Origin: Myxococcales bacterium
GTDB lineage: Bacteria > Myxococcota > Myxococcia > Myxococcales > Anaeromyxobacteraceae
Assembly: GCA_038320275.1 (NCBI GenBank)
Contig: JBBQEB010000002.1
Span: 19,473 to 83,472 of the forward strand
DNA length: 64,000 bases
Reading direction: 5' to 3'
The translations under genes were made by a program, and so were the position numbers. Each line of letters opens with the position of its first letter. Positions within the stretch are counted from its first letter, which is position 1. Shown here one piece after another: positions 50,982 through 61,584 of this stretch. The notes under the pieces were generated by a model. The model had not been told where the DNA came from. It was given only the letters and a program-made list of their open reading frames with translations, and made no database searches.

Positions 50982-52430
50982 TCACACGCGCTCGAGCACC
51001 GCCCGCAAGAGCGTCCAGAAGCTCGCGACGGAGGCGATGCTCACCCGCTCGTCGGGCGTGTGCGCGTCCCACATCGTGGGCCCGAAGGACGCCATCTGCA
51101 GGCCCGGGTACTTCATCCCGATGAGCCCGCACTCGAGCCCGGCGTGTACCGCGCTCACGCGCATGGGTGCGCCGTACAGCTCGCGGTGCACCCCGTCCAC
51201 CAGCTTCACGATGGGCGAGCCAGGCTCCGGTCTCCAGCCTGGGTAGCCGCCGCCATGGCGGGCCTCGAACCCTGCGAGCGCGCACACCGAGGCGATGCGC
51301 GAGGCGAGCGCGCGCTTCGAGGGCTCGACCGAGCTGCGGGTGAGGAAAGTGGCTTCCACCGTCTCCTCGCGGGTGGTCACGGCGGCGAAGTTGGTGGACG
51401 TCTGCACCAGGCCGGGCATGGCTGGGGTCATCCCCTCGACCCCGTGGGGCGCTGCGAGGAGGAGCCCGAGCACCGCGCGGGCGTCCTCCGGCTCCAGCGG
51501 CGGGGCCAACTCGGCCTTTCCCACCACCACCGAAAGACCAGGATCGAACGCGCCCAGAGCCGCGCGCCAGGCTTCGTCCTGCCGCGCGACCTCCTCGCGC
51601 ACCTCGGCGGCGCGGGACGACTCGACGAGCAGCACCGCCGAGGCCTCGCGCGGGATGGCGTTGCGCTTGTTCCCGCCGCGGACGCTCACCAGCTCGAAGG
51701 GGGTGCGCTCACCTACGGCCTCGAGCACCTGCCCAAGGACGCGCAGCGCATTGCCCCGGCCCGCCGCGATGTCGGTGCCGGAATGGCCGCCGCGAAGTCC
51801 ACGCACCTCGACCGCGAGGCCGGTCCGGCCCGATGGAGTCGCCGCGCGGCGCACCCGGCGCGTCGCGAGCGTGTCGAGCCCGCCTGCGCAGCCGATGGTG
51901 AGCTCTCCCTCCTCCTCGCTGTCGAGGTTGAGTAGCACCTCGGCGCGCAGCCAGCCCGGCCGGATGGCGTTCGCGCCGGTGAGGCCCGTCTCCTCGTCCA
52001 CCGTGACGAGCACCTCCAGCGGACCGTGCCGCAGGTCCCGCTCGGCGAGCACTGCCAGCGCGGCCGCCACCCCGATCCCGTTGTCCGCACCGAGGGTGGT
52101 GCCCCGCGCCCGGACCACCTCGCCGTCGATCCAGGGCTGGATCGGATCGCGCTCGAAGTCGTGCGGCGTCCCCTCGTTCTTCTCGCACACCATGTCCGCG
52201 TGGCCCTGCAGCACCACGCCCCGCCGCCCCTCCTGTCCCGTTGCGGCGCGCTTGCGGAGGAGCACGTTTCCCACCGCGTCCGTCTCCACCTCGCAGCCCA
52301 GCGCGCGGCCCTCTTCCGCCACCCAGCGCAGCGCGGCGCCCTCCCCCTTGGACGGGCGCGGAATGTGGGAGAGCTGGAGGAAGTAGTTCCACAGCGGCCG
52401 GGGCTCGAGGGCGGCGACATCGTCGGACAT
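50982..52430 (-). CDS. pepD: aminoacyl-histidine dipeptidase (M20C)
   Basis: PRPSK.E, LQGHADMV, TLGADNGIG, DEETGL, NLDSE, GGHSG, HAGLECG. Confidence 0.95.
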   Translation of the reverse strand: MSDDVAALEPRPLWNYFLQLSHIPRPSKGEGAALRWVAEEGRALGCEVETDAVGNVLLRKRAATGQEGRRGVVLQGHADMVCEKNEGTPHDFERDPIQPWIDGEVVRARGTTLGADNGIGVAAALAVLAERDLRHGPLEVLVTVDEETGLTGANAIRPGWLRAEVLLNLDSEEEGELTIGCAGGLDTLATRRVRRAATPSGRTGLAVEVRGLRGGHSGTDIAAGRGNALRVLGQVLEAVGERTPFELVSVRGGNKRNAIPREASAVLLVESSRAAEVREEVARQDEAWRAALGAFDPGLSVVVGKAELAPPLEPEDARAVLGLLLAAPHGVEGMTPAMPGLVQTSTNFAAVTTREETVEATFLTRSSVEPSKRALASRIASVCALAGFEARHGGGYPGWRPEPGSPIVKLVDGVHRELYGAPMRVSAVHAGLECGLIGMKYPGLQMASFGPTMWDAHTPDERVSIASVASFWTLLRAVLERV

Positions 52431-52477
52431 GGGCGGAGAGTAGCTTCAACGCGCTCCGGTCGCTGCCTCGAAAACGT

Positions 52478-52888
52478 CCGCCGATCGCCCCTGGCCGGAG
52501 CGCCGGGGCCGGAGGCGGCCAGAGCCCGTTGCGGAGCCGCGCGCGATCGCGCGCATGATGCGGATGGAGCGCCGCGCGTTCGCCCTGTGCGCGCTGCCGT
52601 CTGTCCGAGCGAGCGTGCAATCGGAACCGACGGCCCACGCGCGGCGATAGCGAGCGAGTTACGGCAGCGCGCCCTACGTACCCCGGCGCGCTCCAGCCGC
52701 CCCGCGCTCCCTGATCCGCGGCGGAGCCCGGGCGACGGCCCCTCCGTGTCCCCGGCGCGGGGATCCCGCTCACGGAGGCACACCGGTGGCCGCCCCGTGT
52801 CCCCGGCGCGGGGTGCGCTCACGAAGGCACTCGAGGCGGCCCCCCTCCGTTTCCCCGGCGCGGGAGCTCGCCCCGGACGGCGCCACCC
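52478..52888 (-). repeat. structured non-coding repeat element, copy 2 (inverted)
   Basis: Reverse complement aligns to 50498-50920. Confidence 0.92.
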
Positions 52889-52995
52889 GTAGAGTGGATC
52901 CGAGGCCCGATCGGTAGGCGGAGGCGTTGCGGCGGCGGGGACCGCCGCATAGAGGAATCGCCGCTTCACGGTCCGTATGCTTCTCTGGAGGCTCC

Positions 52996-54138
52996 ATGAC
53001 ACTTCGCTCCGCTTTCGCCGCGTCCACCCTCCTCTTCGCGCTTCCGGCCTTCGCCCAGGCGCCCGCCGCGGTGCAGCCACCCCCGGCTCGCACCGCAGCG
53101 TCCGCCCCGGCCCAGGCGGTCCCGGGCGCCGCCTCTCAGGCGCTGCCCGTCGTCGTCCTCGTCGCCACCGGCGGCACCATCGCGATGAAGTTCGACCCGG
53201 TGAAGAAGGGGCCGGTTCCGGCCATCTCGGGCGAGGACCTCGTCGGGACCGTCCCCGAGATCGCCAAGGTCGCGCGGATGGAGGTACAGAACGTCTCCAA
53301 CGTGCCCTCCGATTACATGGACCCACCGCGCTGGGTGGAGCTGGCCAAGGTGGTGGCGGCGCAGCTCGCCCGGCCGGAGGTCGCCGGCGTGGTCGTCTCG
53401 CACGGCACCGACACGCTGGAGGAGACTGCCTGGTTCCTCGACCTCACCGTGCAAAGCCCCAAGCCGGTGGTTCTCATCGGCGCGCAGCGCAACGCCTCCG
53501 AGCGCGACTTCGATGGCCCACGCAACCTGCTCAACGCAGCTCGCATCTGCGTGCTGCCCGCCGCCCGGGAGAAGGGCGTGATGCTGGCGCTCAATGACCA
53601 GATCAACGCTGCTCGCGAGGTGCACAAGACGAACACCTCCAGCCCGGAGACGTTCAAGTCGGGGGACATGGGCTTTCTCGGCTATGCCGACGTCGACCGC
53701 GTCGTCTTCTACCGCGCGCCCCTGCGCCGCCTGAGCGTGCCGGTGCTGCCGGCGAAGGACGGCAAGGCGCCGGCCCTTCCGCGGGTGGAGGTCGTCTCCA
53801 TGTACGGCGGCGCCGACGGCGCGCTTCTGCGCGCGGCGGTGGCGGGAGGCGCGCGCGGCGTGGTGATCCAGGCGCTCGGCTACGGCAACGTCAACGTCCC
53901 CATGTACGACGCCATCGCCGAGGTGACGAAGCGCGGGATACCGGTGGTGATCACCTCGTCGGTGGGCACCGGGCGCGTGCAGCCTTGGTACGCCTGGAAG
54001 GGCGGCGGCAAGTCGCTGCAGGAGGTGGGCGCCGTCTTCGGCGACGACCTCTCGGCCAACAAGGCGCGCATCCTGCTCATGCTCGCGCTGCAGACCACGG
54101 CCGATCCCAAGGAGCTGCAGAAGCTCTTCGATCGCTAG
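52996..54138 (+). CDS. secreted L-asparaginase (type II-like)
   Basis: Signal peptide; ATGGTIA and HGTDTLEE motifs; GGAGG RBS. Confidence 0.93.
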   Translation: MTLRSAFAASTLLFALPAFAQAPAAVQPPPARTAASAPAQAVPGAASQALPVVVLVATGGTIAMKFDPVKKGPVPAISGEDLVGTVPEIAKVARMEVQNVSNVPSDYMDPPRWVELAKVVAAQLARPEVAGVVVSHGTDTLEETAWFLDLTVQSPKPVVLIGAQRNASERDFDGPRNLLNAARICVLPAAREKGVMLALNDQINAAREVHKTNTSSPETFKSGDMGFLGYADVDRVVFYRAPLRRLSVPVLPAKDGKAPALPRVEVVSMYGGADGALLRAAVAGGARGVVIQALGYGNVNVPMYDAIAEVTKRGIPVVITSSVGTGRVQPWYAWKGGGKSLQEVGAVFGDDLSANKARILLMLALQTTADPKELQKLFDR

Positions 54139-54148
54139 CGACGGCCGA

Positions 54149-54820
54149 CTAAGCTCGCCGCGGCGGCGCGCCAGCCGCGGCCAGCACCTTCGCCACCGCC
54201 GCCCGCGGCAGGGGCTCGCACGCACCCGCGAACCTCGCCATGAGCGCGATGCGGGCCACCCGCTCCAGGGTCTCCATGCGGTCGAGCGCCTGGCGGAGAT
54301 CGCGCCCCATGGCGAGCGCGCCGTGCCGCTCCAAGAGGATGACGTCATGGCCTGGAAGGAACGGCGCCAGCGCGCGCGGAACCTCGTCCGTTCCGGGCGT
54401 CGCGAAGGGAGAGACCACCACCTCTCCCAGCATCACCGCGGCCTCCGGCACGAGGTCGTTGGGTGCGGGCGCCCCGGCCACCGTGAGCGCGACGGCCGTG
54501 AGGGGATGCGCGTGCACCACCGCCCCCACGTCGGCCCGAGCCTCGTACACCGCCAGGTGCATGAGGAGCTCCGTGGACGGCCTTCCTCCGCCGCGGATCA
54601 CCTGGCCCGACCCCGAGACGACCACCAGCTCGGCGGGCGTGAGGAGCCGCTTCGCCGCCCCGGACGGCGTCACCAGAAGCTCCCCGGGACCGAGCCGGCA
54701 GGACACGTTGCCCTCGCCCCCACCGAGGAGATCGCGGTCGTCGAGCCGCCGGCACACCTCCACCAGCTCGCGACGGAGCGCGGCCTCGTCGGCCTGCGGG
54801 CCTTCCGGCGCCGGCATCAC
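54149..54820 (-). CDS. class II aldolase/adducin family protein
   Basis: EGNVS, TPSG, PSTE..MH, VHAHP, ERHG. Confidence 0.9.
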   Translation of the reverse strand: MMPAPEGPQADEAALRRELVEVCRRLDDRDLLGGGEGNVSCRLGPGELLVTPSGAAKRLLTPAELVVVSGSGQVIRGGGRPSTELLMHLAVYEARADVGAVVHAHPLTAVALTVAGAPAPNDLVPEAAVMLGEVVVSPFATPGTDEVPRALAPFLPGHDVILLERHGALAMGRDLRQALDRMETLERVARIALMARFAGACEPLPRAAVAKVLAAAGAPPRRA

Positions 54821-55863
54821 AGCACCCTCGCGGCGAGCAGGTCCTGCACGTCGAGGAGCCCCACCGGATGGCCCGCGTCGTCGATCACCGGCACCTGGTC
54901 GACCCGCGCCTGGCGAAGGACGCGCGCGGCGTCCGCCACCAGAGCTTCCGGGCGCACCGTCCGGGGATTCCGCGACATGACCTTGCCCACCGGGACATGG
55001 AACTCCACCCGCCCGCCCTCCAGCAGGCGGCGCAGATCACCGTCGGTGAAGAGCCCCAGCAGCTTGCCCGAGGCGTCCACCACCGAGCACGCGCCCGGGC
55101 GCCCGGGCGTCCGCGTCATGATGGCCACCACCTCCGCCAGCGGCGTGGTCTCCGGCGCGAGCGGGTTCGCCTCTCCCTGGCGCATCACGTCCCGCACCTT
55201 CATGAGACCGCGCCCGAGCTTCCCGCCGGGATGGTAGAGCGCGTACTCCTCGCGGTCGAAGGGCCGGTCGCGGAGCACCGTCATCGCGAGCGCGTCTCCC
55301 AGGGCCAGCAGCGCAGCGGTGGAGGCGGTGGGGGCGAGCCCCATGGGACAGGCCTCCTCGATCGACCCGATGGCGACGACCAGGTCGGCGCCGCGCGCCA
55401 GCGGGCTCTCCGCGTCGCGGGTGAGCGCCACCAACCGGGAGCCGATCCGCTTCAGCGCGGGGAGGAGCCGCAGGAGCTCCTCCGTCTCGCCCGAGTTGGA
55501 GAGCGCCAGCACGACGTCCTCGCGGGCCACCCGCCCCAGGTCGCCGTGGGCCGCCTCGGCGGGGTGGAGGTAGTGCGAGGGCGTGCCCGTGGAGGCGAGG
55601 GTGGCCGAGATCTTCTGGGCGACGAACCCGGGCTTGCCCATGCCCGTCACCACCACCCGGCCCTTGCAGCCCAGGATCCACTCCACCGCCGTCGCGAAGG
55701 TCGGTCCGAGCACGAGCTGGCCGATGGCCGTCGCTTCCGCCGCGATGACCGTCCTCCCGTACTCGGTGAGCTCCCGCTGGCGGCGCGTCCGCTTTTGGCC
55801 GCCACCCCCGCCGCTCGAGCCACGCGCCAGCCGGACCACGCCGGCGTTCTTCCGGGTCGCCAT
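54817..55863 (-). CDS. kdsD: arabinose-5-phosphate isomerase (KpsF/GutQ; SIS plus 2 CBS)
   Basis: [40 protein letters not shown]. Confidence 0.92.
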   Translation of the reverse strand: MATRKNAGVVRLARGSSGGGGGQKRTRRQRELTEYGRTVIAAEATAIGQLVLGPTFATAVEWILGCKGRVVVTGMGKPGFVAQKISATLASTGTPSHYLHPAEAAHGDLGRVAREDVVLALSNSGETEELLRLLPALKRIGSRLVALTRDAESPLARGADLVVAIGSIEEACPMGLAPTASTAALLALGDALAMTVLRDRPFDREEYALYHPGGKLGRGLMKVRDVMRQGEANPLAPETTPLAEVVAIMTRTPGRPGACSVVDASGKLLGLFTDGDLRRLLEGGRVEFHVPVGKVMSRNPRTVRPEALVADAARVLRQARVDQVPVIDDAGHPVGLLDVQDLLAARVL

Positions 55864-55980
55864 GCGCGCCTCGTATCACAGCGGGCGCCGCCGGGGCACC
55901 TGCCCTCGTCGTTGGCGCGCGCCGCGCCCCGCGGCTATGGTCGAGGCCTCTGGCAGCATGCGCAGCGAAAGGGCGGGACC

Positions 55981-56646
55981 ATGCAATTCTTCATCGATTC
56001 GGCGGACTTGAGCGAGATCAAGAAGGCTCACGCCATGGGGCTGTGCGACGGCGTCACGACCAACCCCTCGCTGGTCGCGAAGACCGGGCGCAAGTTCTCC
56101 GAGGTGCTGAAGGAGATCACGGCGGCGGTCCCGGGCCCGGTCTCCGCCGAGGTCACCGCGGTGGATTACGAGGGCATGATGTCCGAGGGTCGCCACCTCG
56201 CCAAGGTGGCCGACAACGTGGTGGTCAAGGTGCCGCTCATCATGGAGGGGCTGCGGGCGGTGCGCGACCTCACCAGTGACGGCATCCGCACCAACGTCAC
56301 TCTCTGCTTCTCGCCGGTGCAGGCGCTCCTCGCCGCCAAGGCCGGGGCCACCTACGTCTCGCCCTTCGTCGGCCGGCTCGACGACATCTCCGAGGACGGG
56401 ATGGCGCTCATCGCGCAGATCATCGAGATCTTCCGGAACTACGACTTCGCGACCAAGGTGCTGGTGGCGAGCGTGCGCCATCCCATCCACGTGCTGGAGT
56501 CGGCGCGGCTCGGGGCGGACGTCGCCACCATCCCCTTCAATGTCATCGAGGGTCTGGCGAGGCACCCGCTCACCGAGTCGGGCCTGAAGAAGTTCCTGTC
56601 AGACTGGGAGAAGGTGCCCAAGGAGACGAAGGAGCCGGCGAGCTAG
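55981..56646 (+). CDS. tal: transaldolase (short FSA/TalC type)
   Basis: [43 protein letters not shown]. Confidence 0.93.
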   Translation: MQFFIDSADLSEIKKAHAMGLCDGVTTNPSLVAKTGRKFSEVLKEITAAVPGPVSAEVTAVDYEGMMSEGRHLAKVADNVVVKVPLIMEGLRAVRDLTSDGIRTNVTLCFSPVQALLAAKAGATYVSPFVGRLDDISEDGMALIAQIIEIFRNYDFATKVLVASVRHPIHVLESARLGADVATIPFNVIEGLARHPLTESGLKKFLSDWEKVPKETKEPAS

Positions 56647-56727
56647 ACGGCGGGGCGTGATCCTGAAGCCACGGCGCGCTCGACGCTTGCCAAGAGAGCT
56701 CGAGAGGGGATCAACGAGGAGGTCCCG

Positions 56728-58008
56728 ATGGTCGCCGAGGTGAGGATCAAGAAAGACGTCGGGCTCCATGCAGGTCCGCGAAATCTGATCGACCCGGCCG
56801 GCTCCACCGCGGCGCGCCTGAGCTCCGTTGCGAGGCAGGCGTTCGCGCGGTTGCGGGTCGATGGCAAGGACGGGCTCTGGAGGAGATGGAACCACGACAA
56901 CCTCGCGTTCTCTCCGGCAGACGAGACGACGAAGGGAGCTTTCAAGGTCCTCGTGGCGACGAAGGTCGAACAGTTCGTCGAGATCGACTTCCTGGAGGGC
57001 GTGAGCTCCCCCCTTCCGCCCGAACGCGGGGCCGCCACGGCGAAACGGACCGCAGGAGCGCGAGCTATCGTTCCCACGCTGCCGATCATCGACGTGAAGG
57101 CCGCCTTCGACAGGTGGAGCCACCCCGGGGTGGTCCGGCCGCAGGGGGCGCTCTTCGATGCCTACGCGTTCGCGGACTACAGGGGCGGTCGGCACGACGG
57201 CCCAGGTGTCGTCCTGTGTTTCGCGCTCGGGCCGGGCCCCGTCTGCCAGGTGGGGGAGGTCAGGAACCGCGAGACGCTCGATCGCGCCCTGAAGCGACTC
57301 CTCCGCCACGCCTCGGAGCGCGGGGCGCGGCTTTGCTTCGGGCAGGACCACCAGTACGGCGTTCCCGTCGGTTTCGCCCGGGAGCTGGAGCTGCCCACGG
57401 ACGATTGGCGGACGGGGATGGAGGTGCTCTTTAGCGGACCGAGAGGTGCCTGTGCGAGAGGCGGGAACGCCGGCGAATTTGCGCGCGTCGTGAACGAGGC
57501 GCTGCGCGCGCGCGGGGCGGAGCCGTACTTCTGGTCGGCGACGAAGGCCGGGTATGGACTCCCGTCGAGCGCGCCACGTACGGAGGGTCGGTACCGGTTG
57601 ACGGAGAAGTCTCACGGCTTCCCGTTCTCGAGGATCGGCGACAGCGGAACGGTGGGGGGCCAGACGATCGTGGGCCTTCCACGCATCCTCGACCTGCTTC
57701 GCTGGGCGGAAGGAGAGGGGATCCCCGTCGCCGTCTGGCCGTTCGATGGGCTGCGCGTCGGCGAGCTCCCGGAGCACGGTCACGTGATGTGGGAGCCGTA
57801 CCCGACGCTGGTTCGAGCGAAAGGCATCGCACAGTCCGACCTGAACGATGCGCACGCCGCGACGGAGTGGGCGAGAGACGAAGACCGGTCGGGGGCGCTC
57901 CCCAGCACGCTCGACCTGAGCAGGCTCGACCTGGCTGACCACCATCGTGTGAGGATCGAGGGTTGGATCGCCGGGGTCGATCCGGGCTCCCGGGGGGCCC
58001 GCGACTGA
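56728..58008 (+). CDS. hypothetical protein with C-terminal DUF429-like (predicted RNase H-fold nuclease) domain
   Basis: GAGGAGG RBS; FDAY..AD, D..YG.P, GTVGGQ, VWPFDG, E.YP and EGWI motifs; unknown N-terminal region of about 140 aa. Confidence 0.6.
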   Translation: MVAEVRIKKDVGLHAGPRNLIDPAGSTAARLSSVARQAFARLRVDGKDGLWRRWNHDNLAFSPADETTKGAFKVLVATKVEQFVEIDFLEGVSSPLPPERGAATAKRTAGARAIVPTLPIIDVKAAFDRWSHPGVVRPQGALFDAYAFADYRGGRHDGPGVVLCFALGPGPVCQVGEVRNRETLDRALKRLLRHASERGARLCFGQDHQYGVPVGFARELELPTDDWRTGMEVLFSGPRGACARGGNAGEFARVVNEALRARGAEPYFWSATKAGYGLPSSAPRTEGRYRLTEKSHGFPFSRIGDSGTVGGQTIVGLPRILDLLRWAEGEGIPVAVWPFDGLRVGELPEHGHVMWEPYPTLVRAKGIAQSDLNDAHAATEWARDEDRSGALPSTLDLSRLDLADHHRVRIEGWIAGVDPGSRGARD

Positions 58009-58028
58009 CGGCCCAGGGGGGAAGCACG

Positions 58029-58775
58029 TCAAGCCGGCAGGCGCGACCGCTCCCGCAGGGGAGCGACGCCCACGAACCGCTCCGCCCAGTTGGCGAGGAT
58101 GCGCGGCGCCTCCGGCGTGAGGCGGATGGAGGCCAGCACGGCCTCGGCCCCGCCGGGACACTGTGCGTCGAGCTTCGCCCTGCGGATCTCGGCGAGCGTC
58201 CGCGAGCGGGCAGCGTCCATCTCGGGGTGGAACTGAACGCAGCGGATGGCGTCGCCCACCGCAAAGGCCTGCACCGGGGAGAAGGCGTTCGCGGCGAGGA
58301 GCACGGCGCCGGGAGGCAGCTCCGGCACGTGATCCTCGTGCGTCTGCTGGACCGCCAGCACGGGAGGAAGGCCCGCGAAGAGCGGGTCGCGGCGGCCCAC
58401 CGTGGACAGGCTCACCTCCACCGTTCCCGCCTCCCTGCCGCGGGGATTCCTCTCCACCCGGCCCCCCAGCGCCTGCGCGAGAAGCTGGTGCCCGAAGCAG
58501 ACGCCGAGGACGGGGAGGGTGCGGGCCGCGTCGAGGAGGTAATCCCCGGTGCGCTCCATCCAGGGATCGCGCTCCGTCACGCTGCGCGCGGAACCCGTCA
58601 CGAGCACGCCGTGGAACGTCGATGCGGGCGGAAGCCGCTCGCCCGCCCAGGGGCGCACGACGCGCAACTCGACCCGGGTCGCCAGGTGGCGCGCGAACCA
58701 GGCCGGATAATCGCCATGGCGGGAGCGGAGGACGGCGTCGCCCGAGCCGGCTTGCACGATGAGCACGCGTCTCAT
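58029..58775 (-). CDS. class I glutamine amidotransferase
   Basis: VTGS, LGVCFGHQ and QFHPE catalytic motifs. Confidence 0.92.
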   Translation of the reverse strand: MRRVLIVQAGSGDAVLRSRHGDYPAWFARHLATRVELRVVRPWAGERLPPASTFHGVLVTGSARSVTERDPWMERTGDYLLDAARTLPVLGVCFGHQLLAQALGGRVERNPRGREAGTVEVSLSTVGRRDPLFAGLPPVLAVQQTHEDHVPELPPGAVLLAANAFSPVQAFAVGDAIRCVQFHPEMDAARSRTLAEIRRAKLDAQCPGGAEAVLASIRLTPEAPRILANWAERFVGVAPLRERSRLPA

Positions 58776-58856
58776 TGGGGTTCTTCGCCTCCAGCTGCCG
58801 CTGCCTGGCCGTAACTTCCCAGAGGTTCCGTCTTCCCACCGTCCCGTGCAAGTGAG

Positions 58857-60227
58857 GTGTTCATGGTCCGCGTCGAAGCGCCCGACCTTGCGTCGCTCCG
58901 CCAGGTTTTCGACGACCGCAAGGTCCGCAAGGTGAAGCTGGGCGGGTTCGATATCGACGGCGTTCTGCGCGGGAAGTACGTGTCGCTCGAGAAGTTCTGG
59001 AGCGCGGCGGAGGGCGGGCTCGGGTTCTGCGACGTGGTCTTCGGCTGGGACGTGGGCGATCAGCTCTACGACAACGGCGAGCTCACCGGCTGGCACACCG
59101 GCTACCCCGACGCGCTGGCGCGGATCGATCTCGCGACCTTCCGCATGATCCCGTGGGAGCCCGGCACGGCCGCCTTCCTGCTCGACTTCTGCGCGCCGGA
59201 CGGCGGCGCGCTGCCGGTCTCCCCGCGGCAGGTGCTGAAGCGCGTGCTGGAGCGCGCGGAGCGGGCCGGGCTCCAGGCGAAGCTCGCCGCCGAGTACGAG
59301 TTCTTCCTCTTCCGGGAGACGCCGGAGTCGGTGCGCGCCAAGGGCTACGCGGGACTGACGACGCTCTCGCCTGGGATGTTCGGCTACTCCTGGCTGCGGG
59401 CCTCGGAGGCGAAGGAGCTCGTGCACGATCTCCAGGACAGCCTGGCGGCCTTCGACGTCGCCATCGAGAGCTTCCACACCGAGACCGGTCCGGGCGTTTA
59501 CGAGGCGGCCATCGCGGTGGATACCGGCCTTCGCGCCGCGGACAAGGCGGCGCTCTTCAAGACCGCCGCCAAGGAGGTCCTCCACGAGCACGGCGTCATG
59601 CCCTGCTTCATGGCCAAGTGGAACGAGAAGCTGCCGGGCTGCTCGGGCCACGTGCACCTTTCGCTCTGGGGGGAAGGCGACCGCAACGTGTTCTCCGATG
59701 GGAAGGGCGGCATGTCCCCCGCCATGGAGCACGCGATCGCCGGCCAGGTGCGGCTCATGCCGGAGCTCACCGCGGTGGTCGCTCCCACCGTGAACTCCTA
59801 CAAGCGCATGGTGGAGGGCGCCTGGGCGCCGACCGCGGCGACCTGGGGCGTCGAGAACCGCACCACCGCGCTGCGGGCCATACCCGGCAGCGACAAGGCG
59901 ACCCGTATCGAGTACCGGCAGGCGGCCGCCGACATGAACCCCTACCTGGCCATGGCGGTGGTGGTGGGCGCGGCGCTGTGGGGCATGGAGGAAAAGCTCA
60001 CGCCGCCCCCTCCGGTGCGCGGAAATGCGTACGCAGCTGCCGGAGCGCCACGCCTGCCGCGCACCCTGGCCGAGGCCACCGTCCTGCTGCGCGCGAGCGC
60101 TCCCGCGAGGGACATCCTCGGGGACGCGTTCGTGGAGCACTACGCGCGAACGCGCGAGTGGGAGGTGCGCCAGTTCGATCGCGCGGTGACGGGCTGGGAG
60201 CTGGAGAGGTACTTCGAGATTATTTGA
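58857..60227 (+). CDS. glutamine synthetase-like gamma-glutamyl ligase (PuuA-like)
   Basis: DIDGVLRGK, EYEFF, HTETGPGVYE, HVHLSL, NSYKR, ENRT, RIEYR. Confidence 0.9.
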   Translation: MFMVRVEAPDLASLRQVFDDRKVRKVKLGGFDIDGVLRGKYVSLEKFWSAAEGGLGFCDVVFGWDVGDQLYDNGELTGWHTGYPDALARIDLATFRMIPWEPGTAAFLLDFCAPDGGALPVSPRQVLKRVLERAERAGLQAKLAAEYEFFLFRETPESVRAKGYAGLTTLSPGMFGYSWLRASEAKELVHDLQDSLAAFDVAIESFHTETGPGVYEAAIAVDTGLRAADKAALFKTAAKEVLHEHGVMPCFMAKWNEKLPGCSGHVHLSLWGEGDRNVFSDGKGGMSPAMEHAIAGQVRLMPELTAVVAPTVNSYKRMVEGAWAPTAATWGVENRTTALRAIPGSDKATRIEYRQAAADMNPYLAMAVVVGAALWGMEEKLTPPPPVRGNAYAAAGAPRLPRTLAEATVLLRASAPARDILGDAFVEHYARTREWEVRQFDRAVTGWELERYFEII

Positions 60228-60313
60228 GCGGGGCATGCTGCGGCGTCTCACCGGGGCATGCCGGTGCGCCTCGCGCGTCGGCATTCGCGGCTCTCGCTCC
60301 TTACACACACGCC

Positions 60314-61468
60314 ATGATCCACGAATTCTCCTTCCCCACCCGCATCGTCTTCGGCAAGGGCGCGGTGCGCGAGGTGCCTGCGCGCCTGGCGGCGCTGGGC
60401 GTGAAGAGGCCGCTCATCGTGACCGACCGGGGCGTCGTCGCCGCCGGGCTCCTCGCGCGCCTTACCGGCGCGCTCGACGCGGCGAAGATGCCCTTCGTGC
60501 TCTTCGACGCGGTGGACCCGAACCCCTCCGGCGAGAACGTGGAGCGCGGCGCTGCGGCATACCGCGAGGGCGGCTGCGACGGCGTGGTGGGCATCGGCGG
60601 CGGTTCCCCGCTGGACGTGGCGAAGGGAGTCCGGCTCCTCGCAGCGCACCCTCTCCCGCTGGCGCAGTACGACGACGCGCGCGACGGCTGGAAGCTCGTG
60701 ACGAAGCCGATGCCGCCGATGATCGCCATCCCCACCACCTCCGGAACTGGCTCCGAGGTGGGGCGGAGCTTCGTCGTGACGCTGCGGGAGACCGGCCGCA
60801 AGACCGTCATCTTCGCGCCTCCTCTGATGCCCACGTTGGCGGTGTGCGACCCCGAGCTCACGTACGGGCTGCCGGCGAAGATCACGGCGGCCACCGGCAT
60901 GGACGCGCTCACCCACAACCTGGAGGCGCTCTGCGCGAAGGGCTTTCACCCGCTCGCCGACGCGCTCGCCGCGAAGGGTCTCGCCCTGTGTGGCCGCTCC
61001 CTCGCGCGCGCGGTGAAGAACGGCGCCGACGAGGAGGCGCGAGCCGACATGATGATCGCCGCCATCACGGGCGCCACCGCCTTCCAGAAAGGGCTCGGCG
61101 CCTCGCACGCGCTGGCGCACGCGCTGGGTCCCATCTCCGGCGTGCACCACGGGCTCGCCAACGCGATCGTCCTCCCGCACGTCATGGCGTGGAACGTCGA
61201 GGCGGCCGCGCCGGCGCTGGCAGAGGCCGCGGTCGCGCTCGGCGAGCCGTCCGGCGGGAGCGAGGGCGCGCTCGCGCGCGCGGCGGTGGAGCGGGTGCGT
61301 GCCCTAACGCGCGAGATCGGCATCCCCGAGCGGCTGCGCGATGCCGGCGTCTCCGAGGACCAGCTCGAAGCCCTCGCCGACAAGGCCTTCGAGGACGCGA
61401 GCCACCTCGCGAACCCGCGGCCGTGCACCCGGGACGATCTGGCGGCCCTGCTGCGCGCCGCTTACTGA
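60314..61468 (+). CDS. iron-containing alcohol dehydrogenase
   Basis: FPTRIVFG.G, GGGSPLD, PTTSGTGSE, DALTH..E, HALAH, HHGLAN. Confidence 0.94.
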   Translation: MIHEFSFPTRIVFGKGAVREVPARLAALGVKRPLIVTDRGVVAAGLLARLTGALDAAKMPFVLFDAVDPNPSGENVERGAAAYREGGCDGVVGIGGGSPLDVAKGVRLLAAHPLPLAQYDDARDGWKLVTKPMPPMIAIPTTSGTGSEVGRSFVVTLRETGRKTVIFAPPLMPTLAVCDPELTYGLPAKITAATGMDALTHNLEALCAKGFHPLADALAAKGLALCGRSLARAVKNGADEEARADMMIAAITGATAFQKGLGASHALAHALGPISGVHHGLANAIVLPHVMAWNVEAAAPALAEAAVALGEPSGGSEGALARAAVERVRALTREIGIPERLRDAGVSEDQLEALADKAFEDASHLANPRPCTRDDLAALLRAAY

Positions 61469-61584
61469 GAGTGAAGTCAGGCGCCCCGCACGCTCGGTGG
61501 CCGGGGCGGGGCACGCACCGGGCCGCACGTGTCGGGTCGTCACCCACGGTGACGTGATATCGGTGCATGCCGTAAGGTCGGCGC

